Shown here: positions 10,416 through 19,208 of the stretch, in pieces | Position numbering within the stretch: position 1 is the stretch's first letter | Layout: every line of letters starts with the position of its first letter | DNA from: Myxococcales bacterium | GTDB taxonomy: Bacteria > Myxococcota_A > Polyangia > Polyangiales > DASUME01 | Direction: 5' to 3' | Assembly (NCBI GenBank): GCA_047601445.1 | Contig: JASGJH010000001.1 | Location: forward strand, 6,016,001-6,080,000 | DNA: 64,000 bases | Position numbers and translations under genes: made by a program | Notes under the pieces: generated by a model | What the model was told of the DNA's origin: nothing | The model's input: only the letters and a program-made list of their open reading frames with translations | Database searches by the model: none

Positions 10416-11717
10416 ATGCATCCTTACGGTACGAGCTCGTACGAGCCGACGGAGCTCCACACGGAGTCGGTCGACGCACGCAGTTCGGTGCTGGAGCCGA
10501 CTTCCGTCGAAGGCAAGGGAGAGCGCGCCGCGCGCGTGCTCATCGAAACCATTCGAGCGCTCTCGGGGACGCGCAGCGCCGCCGCCATCGCCGACGTGGT
10601 GCGCAAGGCTGCGGCCAAGCTGGTCGGGGCCGATGGCACCTCGTTCCTGCTGCGAGAAGGCGACGCCGTGGTGTGCGTGGACGAGGAATGCATCGAGCCG
10701 AGCTGGCGCGGCAAACTCTTTCCGCTCAGCGAGTGCGTCGCGGCCACGGTGCTCGAGCACGGCGAGCAAATCGCCATCCCGGACCTGTACGCCGATCCTC
10801 GCATCAACCAGGACAACTTCCGGGGAACCAACGTGCGTGGGCTGGTGTTGACCCCTGTGCGCGGGAATCCCTGTGTTGCCCTCATCGCCGCTTTCTGGTC
10901 GCACACCCATGGGCCCAGCGAGGGTGAGCTCCTCCTGCTCCAGGACCTCGCGGACGCCACCGCGGTGGCCACCGAGAACGCGGGGCTCCACGCCGAGCTC
11001 GAACGCAGAGTCGAGCGCCGCACGCTCGAGCTGCGGGACGCCAATCGGGACCTCGAGGCCTTCTCGTACAGCGTCGCCCACGACCTGCGCGCGCCGCTGT
11101 CGGCCATGTTGGTCACGCGCTCCATCCTGGAGCGCAGCTACGGGTCGGCGCTGGACAGCCACGGGGTCAAGCTTCTGCGCGACATCGAGCGCACCGGCAA
11201 GCGCATGGGCGAGCTCATCGGTGGTCTCCTGCAGTTCGCGCGTTGCGCGCGCGTGGAGCTGTCACGGGAGGCGGTCGACCTCTCCGCGCTCGCCGCCGGC
11301 GTGGTGATGGCGCTGCGTCAACAGAACCTATCTCGGCAGGTGCACGTGCGCATCGAGCCCGGTCTCCGCGCCAACGCCGACTCCACGCTGATGGAGGTGG
11401 TCATCGCGAACCTGCTCAACAACGCATTCAAGTACACCAGGGAGCGCCCGCTGGCCGAGATTCACGTGGGCCAAATGCGAGAGCTCGGCGGCCATGCTTT
11501 CTACGTGCGCGACAACGGCGCGGGCTTCGACATGGCGTCCTCCGCGGAGCTGTTCTTGCCCTTCAAGCGCCTGCACCCGTCCCATCTCTTCGATGGGCAC
11601 GGCGTGGGGCTCGCCACCGTGTCGCGCATCATCGGCAAGCACGGCGGACGTGTGTGGGCGGAGTCGCAGCCCGGCGTCGGAGCGACCTTCTACTTCACGC
11701 TGCCGAGTCTCGACTGA
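10416..11717 (+). CDS. GAF-domain sensor histidine kinase
   Basis: GAF (IPDLYADPR), H-box FSYSVAHDLRAPL, NLLNNAFKY, DNGAGFDM, GHGVGL. Confidence 0.92.
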   Translation: MHPYGTSSYEPTELHTESVDARSSVLEPTSVEGKGERAARVLIETIRALSGTRSAAAIADVVRKAAAKLVGADGTSFLLREGDAVVCVDEECIEPSWRGKLFPLSECVAATVLEHGEQIAIPDLYADPRINQDNFRGTNVRGLVLTPVRGNPCVALIAAFWSHTHGPSEGELLLLQDLADATAVATENAGLHAELERRVERRTLELRDANRDLEAFSYSVAHDLRAPLSAMLVTRSILERSYGSALDSHGVKLLRDIERTGKRMGELIGGLLQFARCARVELSREAVDLSALAAGVVMALRQQNLSRQVHVRIEPGLRANADSTLMEVVIANLLNNAFKYTRERPLAEIHVGQMRELGGHAFYVRDNGAGFDMASSAELFLPFKRLHPSHLFDGHGVGLATVSRIIGKHGGRVWAESQPGVGATFYFTLPSLD

Positions 11718-11718
11718 A

Positions 11719-12396
11719 TCAGCTCACTTCCAGGGGCTCGGGGGTCTCTTCGCGCTTCTCCAGGCTGCGCTCCTTGGGGCGCACTTCCGCAGGCGGCGCA
11801 GGCTCGCTGACGGGTGGCGGGGCATCGACCTTTGTCGGCTCGGTGGCCTTCGCTGGCGGGCTCGAAGGCTTCCTACGCGGCCCGAAGGCTTCCACCAGGC
11901 TGCGCGGGATGACGCGGTTCTTGGCGACGACCACGGTACAGCCATCGGGCACGCTCTGCGACACCACGCAGTTGGCTCCCACCTTGACGCCGTTTCCCAG
12001 ACGAATCTCGCCGATCACACGGGCGCCCGCGTAGATGTCCACGTCGTCTCCCAGCTCGGGGAAGACCAGGGAATTGGCGTCCATCCCCAGCGTGACCTCC
12101 TGGAAGATCAGACAGTTCTTGCCGATCTTACAGCCGCCGATCAGGACGTTGCGTGGGTGAATCAAGGTCAGACCGGGGCCGATCTCCGCATGCGGGGAGA
12201 TGTCCAACTGGTAGACGATGTGGAAGTACTGGTTGAACAGCTTCTGCGGCGCGAGCACCAGGAGACGCCCGGGGCCCTTGAGCGTTCGGCCCCAGCGCCC
12301 CCAGCGATAGGTGACGGTCGCCCAGAAGCCGGGCTCGAAGTACCACGGGTTCGTGTAACGTGCGGTGTCTGCGCGTAGATCGCTGAGGATAGTCAT
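11719..12396 (-). CDS. Serine O-acetyltransferase-like hexapeptide-repeat acyltransferase
   Basis: ISPHAEIGPGL, IGKNCLIFQEVTLG, LGDDVDIYAGARVIG, VGANCVV. ATG 12396 overlaps the fabG stop (ATGA); Pro-rich C-tail. Confidence 0.85.
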   Translation of the reverse strand: MTILSDLRADTARYTNPWYFEPGFWATVTYRWGRWGRTLKGPGRLLVLAPQKLFNQYFHIVYQLDISPHAEIGPGLTLIHPRNVLIGGCKIGKNCLIFQEVTLGMDANSLVFPELGDDVDIYAGARVIGEIRLGNGVKVGANCVVSQSVPDGCTVVVAKNRVIPRSLVEAFGPRRKPSSPPAKATEPTKVDAPPPVSEPAPPAEVRPKERSLEKREETPEPLEVS

Positions 12397-13178
12397 CCGC
12401 TGAAGCCTCCGTCGACGACGATGGTTTGGCCGGTCATGTAGAGAGGCGCCTCGTGCGCGAGAAACCCTACCAGCGTGGCGACCTCCTCGGAGGTTCCGAG
12501 CCGCCGCATGGGAATGCGTGTGAGGGTCTGCGCGCGTTGCTCCTCGCTCTGATACTTGAGCATGTCCGTATCGGTGAAGCCGGGCGCCACTGCGTTCACG
12601 GGGATGCCCCAGGCGGCGAGCTCCTTGGAGAGCGAGCGCGTGAAGCCGATGATGCCGGCCTTGGCGGTCGAATAGTTCGTCTGGCCCGGGATGCCAATCA
12701 GGCCCGAGACCGAGGTAATGTTGACGATGCGTCCGGTGCGCTGGCGAATCATCTGTTTGGTGCTCGGTCGCGTGGTGCCGAACAGACCGTACAGACTCGT
12801 TTCGAGCACGCTGGACCAATCGGACTCGCTCATCATCGGCAAGAGCTTGTCCTGAGTGATGGCCGCGTTGTTCACCAGCACGTCGAGGCGTCCCGTGTCT
12901 TTGACGGTGTCCTCCACGAAGGCCGTGCAGGCCCGCGCGTCCCGCGAGTCCACGCGGGTGGCCCTGGCGCGACCGCCGCGCGCCATCACTTCTTGCGCGA
13001 CCTCGGCCGCTTTTTCCTCGCTGTTGACATAGGTGAAATGGACGCTGAAGCCGAGCTCCGACAGCCGCATCACGACGGCGCGTCCAATGCCACGTGAGCC
13101 GCCGGTGACGATGGCGACGCGTGGCCTTTCGAGTTCAACTTCCGTTCCGAGCGACGACTCGACCACATGATCAGTCAT
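12393..13178 (-). CDS. fabG: 3-oxoacyl-ACP reductase (FabG-type SDR)
   Basis: TGGSRGIG, NNAAITQD, GQTNYSTAKAG (YxxxK), NAVAPGFTDTDM, VDGG. Confidence 0.85.
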   Translation of the reverse strand: MTDHVVESSLGTEVELERPRVAIVTGGSRGIGRAVVMRLSELGFSVHFTYVNSEEKAAEVAQEVMARGGRARATRVDSRDARACTAFVEDTVKDTGRLDVLVNNAAITQDKLLPMMSESDWSSVLETSLYGLFGTTRPSTKQMIRQRTGRIVNITSVSGLIGIPGQTNYSTAKAGIIGFTRSLSKELAAWGIPVNAVAPGFTDTDMLKYQSEEQRAQTLTRIPMRRLGTSEEVATLVGFLAHEAPLYMTGQTIVVDGGFSG

Positions 13179-13468
13179 GTCTGAACCGCTTCTCCTGCGA
13201 AGGGGGAACAGCCACGGCGAACGAACACTGTCTGCACATCTTTGCGCATTGCTGCGCAGGCTGCACGAAACGTCATGGTAGTCACTTTTCGATGGACCAT
13301 GTCAAACTCGCCAGTCGAAAACTCGTGCAAAAATGCCAGGGATTCGCAATTTTCATACGCAAGCTTCGCGCCTCATCCCCGACCGGTGACGCCGCGCGCA
13401 GCGAGCGCGCGAGACTCAGCAGAAGCAGAGCAGACTCGATTGAGGACAGCTAAGTCAGGAGAATCTCC

Positions 13469-14476
13469 ATGAGTGATTTGGTGAATCGTCAGTGGCTGCT
13501 TGCGCAACGCCCCAAGGGGGTTCCCAGCAGCGACGACTTTCGGTGGCACGAGGGAACGGTCGCGCGTCCCCAGGAGGGAGAGGTACTGGTGAAGAACCTG
13601 TATCTCGCGTGTGAACCGACGCAGCTCGGCTGGGCGGCCGGTGAAACCTACTTGCCCGCGGTGGGGCTCGGCGAAGTGATGCGCTCGTTGGGAGCAGGAG
13701 AAATCCTCGAGTCTCGTGATCCCGCATTCAAGGTCGGCCAGCGCGTGCAGGGACTATTGGGCTGGCAAGACTTCGCCACGGTGTCGGCGTCCGGTCACTA
13801 CCCAATGCTCCCCCTGTTGTCGGACGCACCGCTCGAGGCCTCGCTGTCGATTCTGGGCAACACCGGCATGACCGCCTACTTCGGGATGCTCGACATCGGG
13901 AAACCCAAGCCCGGTGAGACCGTGGTGGTCTCGGCTGCGGCAGGCGCCACGGGATCGGTGGCGGGGCAAATCGCCAAAATCCAGGGCTGCCGGGTGGTGG
14001 GCATCGCGGGAGGCGAGGACAAGTGTCGCTACCTGGTGGAGCAGCTGGGGTTCGACGCGGCCATCGACTACAAGCGGGAGAACCTGCTCTCGCGTTTGAG
14101 GCAGACCTGTCCGCAAGGCATCGACATCTACTTCGACAACGTGGGGGGCAAGACGCTGGACGCCGCCTTCCTCTACCTGGCATTGCGCGGGCGCGTCGTG
14201 CTCTGCGGCGCCATCTCTGGCTACGCCGACCCAGGCGCGATGACCGGACCGCGCAACTACCTGAGGCTGCTGCGACAGCGCGGCCGTATGGAGGGCTTCA
14301 TCGTGCTCGACTACCTGCACCGCGCCGAAGAGGCCATGTTGGCCCTAAGAGACTGGCACGAGCGCGGGCTGCTCAAGGACCGCGTGGACGTGCTGTCCGG
14401 GCTGGAGCAGGCGCCGGTCGCACTGAGGCGGCTGTTCACCGGGGAGAATCAGGGCAAGCAGCTGGTGCGGTTGTAG
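13469..14476 (+). CDS. NADP-dependent oxidoreductase (MDR; prostaglandin reductase/CurA-like alkenal reductase)
   Basis: NRQWLLAQRP, GMTAYFG, SAAAGATGS, YFDNVGG, LCGAIS, GENQGKQLV; AGGAG RBS. Confidence 0.92.
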   Translation: MSDLVNRQWLLAQRPKGVPSSDDFRWHEGTVARPQEGEVLVKNLYLACEPTQLGWAAGETYLPAVGLGEVMRSLGAGEILESRDPAFKVGQRVQGLLGWQDFATVSASGHYPMLPLLSDAPLEASLSILGNTGMTAYFGMLDIGKPKPGETVVVSAAAGATGSVAGQIAKIQGCRVVGIAGGEDKCRYLVEQLGFDAAIDYKRENLLSRLRQTCPQGIDIYFDNVGGKTLDAAFLYLALRGRVVLCGAISGYADPGAMTGPRNYLRLLRQRGRMEGFIVLDYLHRAEEAMLALRDWHERGLLKDRVDVLSGLEQAPVALRRLFTGENQGKQLVRL

Positions 14477-14542
14477 ACGCGGGCACTCGCCCTTGGGCAG
14501 GAAAGAGTGAGGTCCGCACTTTGGCTTGCGGACCTGAAAGCG

Positions 14543-15667
14543 TCAGGTCTGGTCAGCGAGGGGAACGTAGACGGAGAAGCGGGTGCCCTTGCCCATCTCG
14601 CTGGTCATGTGAATGACGCCGCCGACCTCCTCCACAATACGCCTGGAAATCGCGAGGCCAAGCCCCGTGCCGCCGTCGGCCTTGGTGGTGAAGAACGGAT
14701 CGAAGACCTTCTCCAGGTCGGACTCGGCGATGCCGCAACCGTTGTCCTGGACATCGAGTCGGGCCTGCCTGCCCTCCTTGCGCAGCGAGATGTCCACGTT
14801 GTTTTCCACGCGCGGGCGCTCGGGCAGGGATTGAAGCGCGTTCACCAACAGGTTCAACACTACCTGGCCCAGCTTGGTGCGTGAGCCGCGCACGGGCGGC
14901 AGCGGGTCGAGCTCGCACCTCACTTCGGCTCGCATCCGCAGCTCGCCGCGCAGGCTAGCGAGTGTCAGCCGAATGACATCGTTGAAATCCGCGTGGTTCT
15001 CGGTGTCGCGGCGGCGCTGGCTGAGCTCGACTCCGCGCGTGATATCGGTGATGCGCTGGACGCCTTCCCGTGCGTCGGCCAACAATAGCGTTAGCTGGCG
15101 CAGGGCTTCCGAGAGCGGGGACGCCGAGGGTAGGCCTTGGAGCAAGCCCGCTACCTCTTCGCGCATCAGCGATAGATTGGTCGCCACGGCCGTGATGGGG
15201 TTGCGGAGCTCGTGGGCGATTCCGGCCGCAACCACGCCGAGCGCGTAGACACGCTCGGTCTCACGCAGGCGCAGCTCGAGGGCCTTGATGCGTTGGCTCG
15301 TTCGGTACACGGAGAGCGCTTCGGCGACGTTCGCGCGCAGCTCTTCGATGACCCACGGCTTGCGCAGAAAGCGCTGCACCTGACCGCGGTTGATGGCGGC
15401 CGTGGCGTCGTGAAAGTCGGAGTACGCCGTGATTAGAATGCGCACGACGTCGGGCCACTCGGTCCGGGTCCGCTCCAGGAGCTCGACGCCCGTCATGCCG
15501 GGCATCCGCTGGTCCGCGATGACGAGCGCGAACTGCTGCTTGCGCATCAGCTCGAGAGCCTGGGCACCGCTGCTGGCGGTGACGATCTTGAAGTCGCGCC
15601 CGCAGGCCGCTTGAAAGACCACCAGGTTCGACTCGTCGTCGTCTACGTACAGAATGGTCTCAGTCAT
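14543..15667 (-). CDS. REC-histidine kinase hybrid, PhcR-like architecture
   Basis: N-terminal REC ([20 protein letters not shown]), H-box [26 protein letters not shown]. Confidence 0.88.
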   Translation of the reverse strand: MTETILYVDDDESNLVVFQAACGRDFKIVTASSGAQALELMRKQQFALVIADQRMPGMTGVELLERTRTEWPDVVRILITAYSDFHDATAAINRGQVQRFLRKPWVIEELRANVAEALSVYRTSQRIKALELRLRETERVYALGVVAAGIAHELRNPITAVATNLSLMREEVAGLLQGLPSASPLSEALRQLTLLLADAREGVQRITDITRGVELSQRRRDTENHADFNDVIRLTLASLRGELRMRAEVRCELDPLPPVRGSRTKLGQVVLNLLVNALQSLPERPRVENNVDISLRKEGRQARLDVQDNGCGIAESDLEKVFDPFFTTKADGGTGLGLAISRRIVEEVGGVIHMTSEMGKGTRFSVYVPLADQT

Positions 15668-16517
15668 TGGTTGGCCTCAGGTGCAAGCCCGATTGCACCC
15701 CTGGGTGGCAGGGGAGAATACCCAGAGCACGGCACTTCATTCCCGGATTCTTTGCTCGCTTCGCCCATCGGCTGTCATCCACTCATTCTACCTACGTCCA
15801 CGTCGTTCACCGCTGGGAATGATTGCACAAAGTTGATCATCCGTGCGGCTCAGGGTGACAGAACCTGAATCCCGTCCAAGGACACCATAGGCGCGTTTCG
15901 CTTTCGTTTCCCTCACGTCACGCGCTCCTCGTTTGGTCGTCCATTCGGGCCGTCAGGTTCCCTTCGTCCGTTTCGGCTCGTCAGGTCGCCGTCCATCGGA
16001 CCAGCGCTGCGCGCGCCGACGCGTGTGCGGCGAGCGAGCAAGTGTCTCCGACTCAGTTCGAAAGGTACCGCGGAGCGCACTGCGCGCGGATCGAAGATCA
16101 ACACGAACGCGTCGCTGCATCACGCGCGAATGATGACCGCTGGTCGATAGACTCATATGGGCCTGTCGTGCAGCGATGCAGACTAAAAATCACCACATTG
16201 CGCGCGAAATACAGCCTGGATTTTCAGCTCCTACGCGAACGTCACTGCAAAGCGTTAGTCTGATCTCCACTCTGTTGATCCAAAACTAATCGCCAACGTT
16301 GACTTCCACTAATCAGCAAGCCACCGTTGTTCGGCACCAGCGAGTCTGCGACCGCAGCAAGCGTTCGCGAGAAGTCGCGCCAACCCTGAGCTGTTCACGT
16401 CTGCGCTGAAGGCATGCGCAGCGCTCGGTTGAGCAATGGATGGCATTCGTCGGGCTTTGTCGAAGCTGCGACGCAATGTCGGTGGCGCTTCCACGCTCGC
16501 AAGAAGGACCTCTACAG

Positions 16518-18107
16518 ATGAACAATTCGCCGGCTTCCATGGACGTTCAGCAGGCGCCGAGGGCAACCGCGCCCGCCGAACGCATCTCCGGCATCGCGCC
16601 GGTGCCCCCCGTTGTCCGCAACTATCAGGATCTCGAGGGAGGCGTCGGCCGGGAGGTCAACTTCCGGCCCCCTCGCTACCAGTCGGCGGAGTTCGGACCG
16701 GTTGGCGCAGTGGTCAACGCGGTGGTGGACGGCAAGAGCTACACCTGCGTGCTGCACGACGTATCGCAGAACGGCGTCGCCTTCGAATGGCACGAGGTGG
16801 GGCGTCTGGAGGTCGGTGCGACCATCTCCGTGCTTACCGTGAGCTTCGATCGGCACGAAGCCTATCGTGGGGCCGCGCGCGTGGGGTCCGTGCGCGACGC
16901 CGACGGCTATCAGCTGGTTGGGGCTTCATTCCTCGACACGCTGATGAATATCGACGACGTGCTCCAGTTGCGCGACGTCAAGGCCTGGAGCGGCGCCGGA
17001 CCGGGTCTCGCGCTCAAGGAGCGCCCCTGGCGGTTTGCCGGGCATGAACGCTTCAAGTCGCTGGTGGCGGAGATGCGTCTGCTGCTGCTGGACGCCGAGC
17101 AGCAGCTCGGTGAGCTCGAGGCCTCGCTGCCCTGGCACGTCGTCCACGGTGGCGACCAGGACCTGCCCGCGAGAGACGCTCTCATCCACCGCCTGCGCAC
17201 CGAGGTCGTGGACGAGATCATGACGGTCTACAACGAGATCGGGTCCATGCGGGATCCGGTGAGTCCGGCCGAGCATCGGGCCATGAAGGAGTACTCGATT
17301 CGTCAGCTCAACGATTTGCTCATGCAGGCATCGTGGCTGCGACGGGCACGTGACAAGCCGCTTGGTTATCCTGGCGACTTCGAGCTGATGAACGGCATTT
17401 ATGGCATCGGCGCGTTCGGCAGCTTTGCGGGCAATACCTTGTTCGCCAAGACCTTGAACTTGTTCCTGGTCAACACGCCAGCTGCGCGCGCGGTGGCCGA
17501 GCGCAAGAACGTCGTGGCTGCACGACTCTCCAAGCTGCTCGACGAGTGCAAGCCGAGCGGCCGACCCATCCGCGTGCTGTCGCTGGCGGCGGGACCGGCC
17601 CAGGAGACCTATGAACTGCTCTCGACCCGCGAACACTTCCCGACGCCGGTCGAAATCGTACTTTTCGACCAGGACAAGCGCGCCCTCTCCTTCGCCTACG
17701 GGCGCTTCAAGCAGCTCCCGGCGGTCAAGTACGGTCAGGTCCGCATCGTCTACCTCCACGACACCATCAAGCGCTTGCTGAGAGATCCCCGTCTATTCGC
17801 GTCGTTCGGCGAGTTCGACATGATCTTCTCGTGCGGCTTGTTCGACTACCTGCCGCAGGCCACGGCCACCACATTGACTACGAACCTCTACGCGAACCTG
17901 GCGTCCGGGGGCTCCCTCTACGTCGGCAACCAGACGATCAAGACCACCAGCCGCTGGCTGATCGAGTTCCTGGCCGACTGGTACCTCATCTACCGCGAGC
18001 ATTCCGAGATGCTGGCCTTCGCCAGTGCAGGCGTACCCACGGCCGACATCTCGATCCTCGAGGAGCCGACCGGCATCAACCCGTTCGTCGTCCTGCGCCG
18101 TCCCTGA
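16518..18107 (+). CDS. PilZ-like domain fused to a class I SAM methyltransferase, PhcB-like (3-hydroxy fatty acid methyl ester synthase family)
   Basis: N-terminal NFRPPRY and LHDVSQNGVAF (PilZ RxxxR-like and DxSxxG); C-terminal RARDKPLGYPGDFELMN, VLSLAAGPAQE, FDQD, GLFDYL, LYVGN, WYLIYR, recognised as PhcB-family motifs. Start 16518 preferred; 16440 possible. Confidence 0.78.
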   Translation: MNNSPASMDVQQAPRATAPAERISGIAPVPPVVRNYQDLEGGVGREVNFRPPRYQSAEFGPVGAVVNAVVDGKSYTCVLHDVSQNGVAFEWHEVGRLEVGATISVLTVSFDRHEAYRGAARVGSVRDADGYQLVGASFLDTLMNIDDVLQLRDVKAWSGAGPGLALKERPWRFAGHERFKSLVAEMRLLLLDAEQQLGELEASLPWHVVHGGDQDLPARDALIHRLRTEVVDEIMTVYNEIGSMRDPVSPAEHRAMKEYSIRQLNDLLMQASWLRRARDKPLGYPGDFELMNGIYGIGAFGSFAGNTLFAKTLNLFLVNTPAARAVAERKNVVAARLSKLLDECKPSGRPIRVLSLAAGPAQETYELLSTREHFPTPVEIVLFDQDKRALSFAYGRFKQLPAVKYGQVRIVYLHDTIKRLLRDPRLFASFGEFDMIFSCGLFDYLPQATATTLTTNLYANLASGGSLYVGNQTIKTTSRWLIEFLADWYLIYREHSEMLAFASAGVPTADISILEEPTGINPFVVLRRP

Positions 18108-18152
18108 GGGCGGGCGCGCCCGCGCAGCGAGCCGATCACAGGAGCAGAGACC

Positions 18153-19133
18153 ATGCCGACGAAGCAACTCGTCCAGGTCGCCTCACGCCTGGTCAGCAGA
18201 CTGGCCGGCTCCAACGGGCGTCGTGTAGACCGTCCGTCCGAGCAACTGCCCGGCCGAGGGGCGAGCACCCCAGAAGGCGTCCGGGTCACCTATCGCAAGA
18301 TGGAGTTCGAGTTCGAGAGCCGGGGCTTCGAGCGCCGCTGGCACAGCGACAGCACCTTCATCAGCGGCTTCTGGAACGCGCTCTCGAGCGCGTTTCCGGC
18401 CGGGGAGAGGTTCTTCATCGACGCGGCGAACTCGGTGCGCGACCGCATCGACGACCCCGTCCTGCGCGAGGAGCTGAGCGAGTTCCTGCGCCAGGAGAGC
18501 CACCATATCGTCCAGCACAAGAAGTTCAATCGCATGGTCGCGGAGCAGGGCTTCGACATGAAGACCTACGAGGCGCGCTATGCGATTCCGCTCCAGGCGG
18601 CCGCCGCCCAGTTGAAGCCGATGCAGAAGATGGCGGTGACCGTCGCGCTGGAGCACTTCACGGCCGTCTTTGCCCACCAGGTGCTGACCAATCCTGCAGT
18701 GATCGGCGGCGCCGACCCCTGCGTGTTGGCGCTCTGGTCGTGGCATTTCATGGAAGAGCTCGAGCACAAGGCCACCTGCTTCGAGGCCTATGAGCGTCTC
18801 GGGGGCAGCTACGTCACTCGGGTCAAGGCCGCGGGTCCGGCTTGGCAGCTCTACCTTCTGCTCGCTGTCCGCAGCGCGCTCAGCATGCTGCGCGAAGACG
18901 GGCGCAGCCTGGACCCGCGGGAGTACGCCCGAGGGCTCTGGTACCTGTTCGGTCCGAGCGGCTTCGTGACGAGTATGATTCCGGGCCTACTTGACTACTT
19001 CCGCCCAGATTTCCACCCATGGCAGTTCGACGACAGCAACTTGATCGCCAACTGGCAGCTGCGTAACAATCCCCACGTCAGGAGCATGCAGGTGTTCAGC
19101 CGACAGCCGGAGGTCCAGACGGCCTCCGCTTGA
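18153..19133 (+). CDS. 'Metal-dependent hydrolase' family protein (ferritin-like diiron motifs)
   Basis: FPAGERFFI, QESHH, ALEHFTA, WHFMEELEHKA, YFRPDFHPW; AGGAG RBS. Confidence 0.88.
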   Translation: MPTKQLVQVASRLVSRLAGSNGRRVDRPSEQLPGRGASTPEGVRVTYRKMEFEFESRGFERRWHSDSTFISGFWNALSSAFPAGERFFIDAANSVRDRIDDPVLREELSEFLRQESHHIVQHKKFNRMVAEQGFDMKTYEARYAIPLQAAAAQLKPMQKMAVTVALEHFTAVFAHQVLTNPAVIGGADPCVLALWSWHFMEELEHKATCFEAYERLGGSYVTRVKAAGPAWQLYLLLAVRSALSMLREDGRSLDPREYARGLWYLFGPSGFVTSMIPGLLDYFRPDFHPWQFDDSNLIANWQLRNNPHVRSMQVFSRQPEVQTASA

Positions 19134-19208
19134 GCAGGCGTCGCAGGCGGTGCTCGGCGGGCGTGTTGCCCGTGTCGACTGGCTTGGCCCGCTTCGACGG
19201 AGACGTAA

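Noticed and set aside
13325..13340. Sigma54 promoter for fabG (TGGCATTTTTGCA on the minus strand)
   Set aside because: GG-to-GC spacing is 7 nt rather than the required 10.
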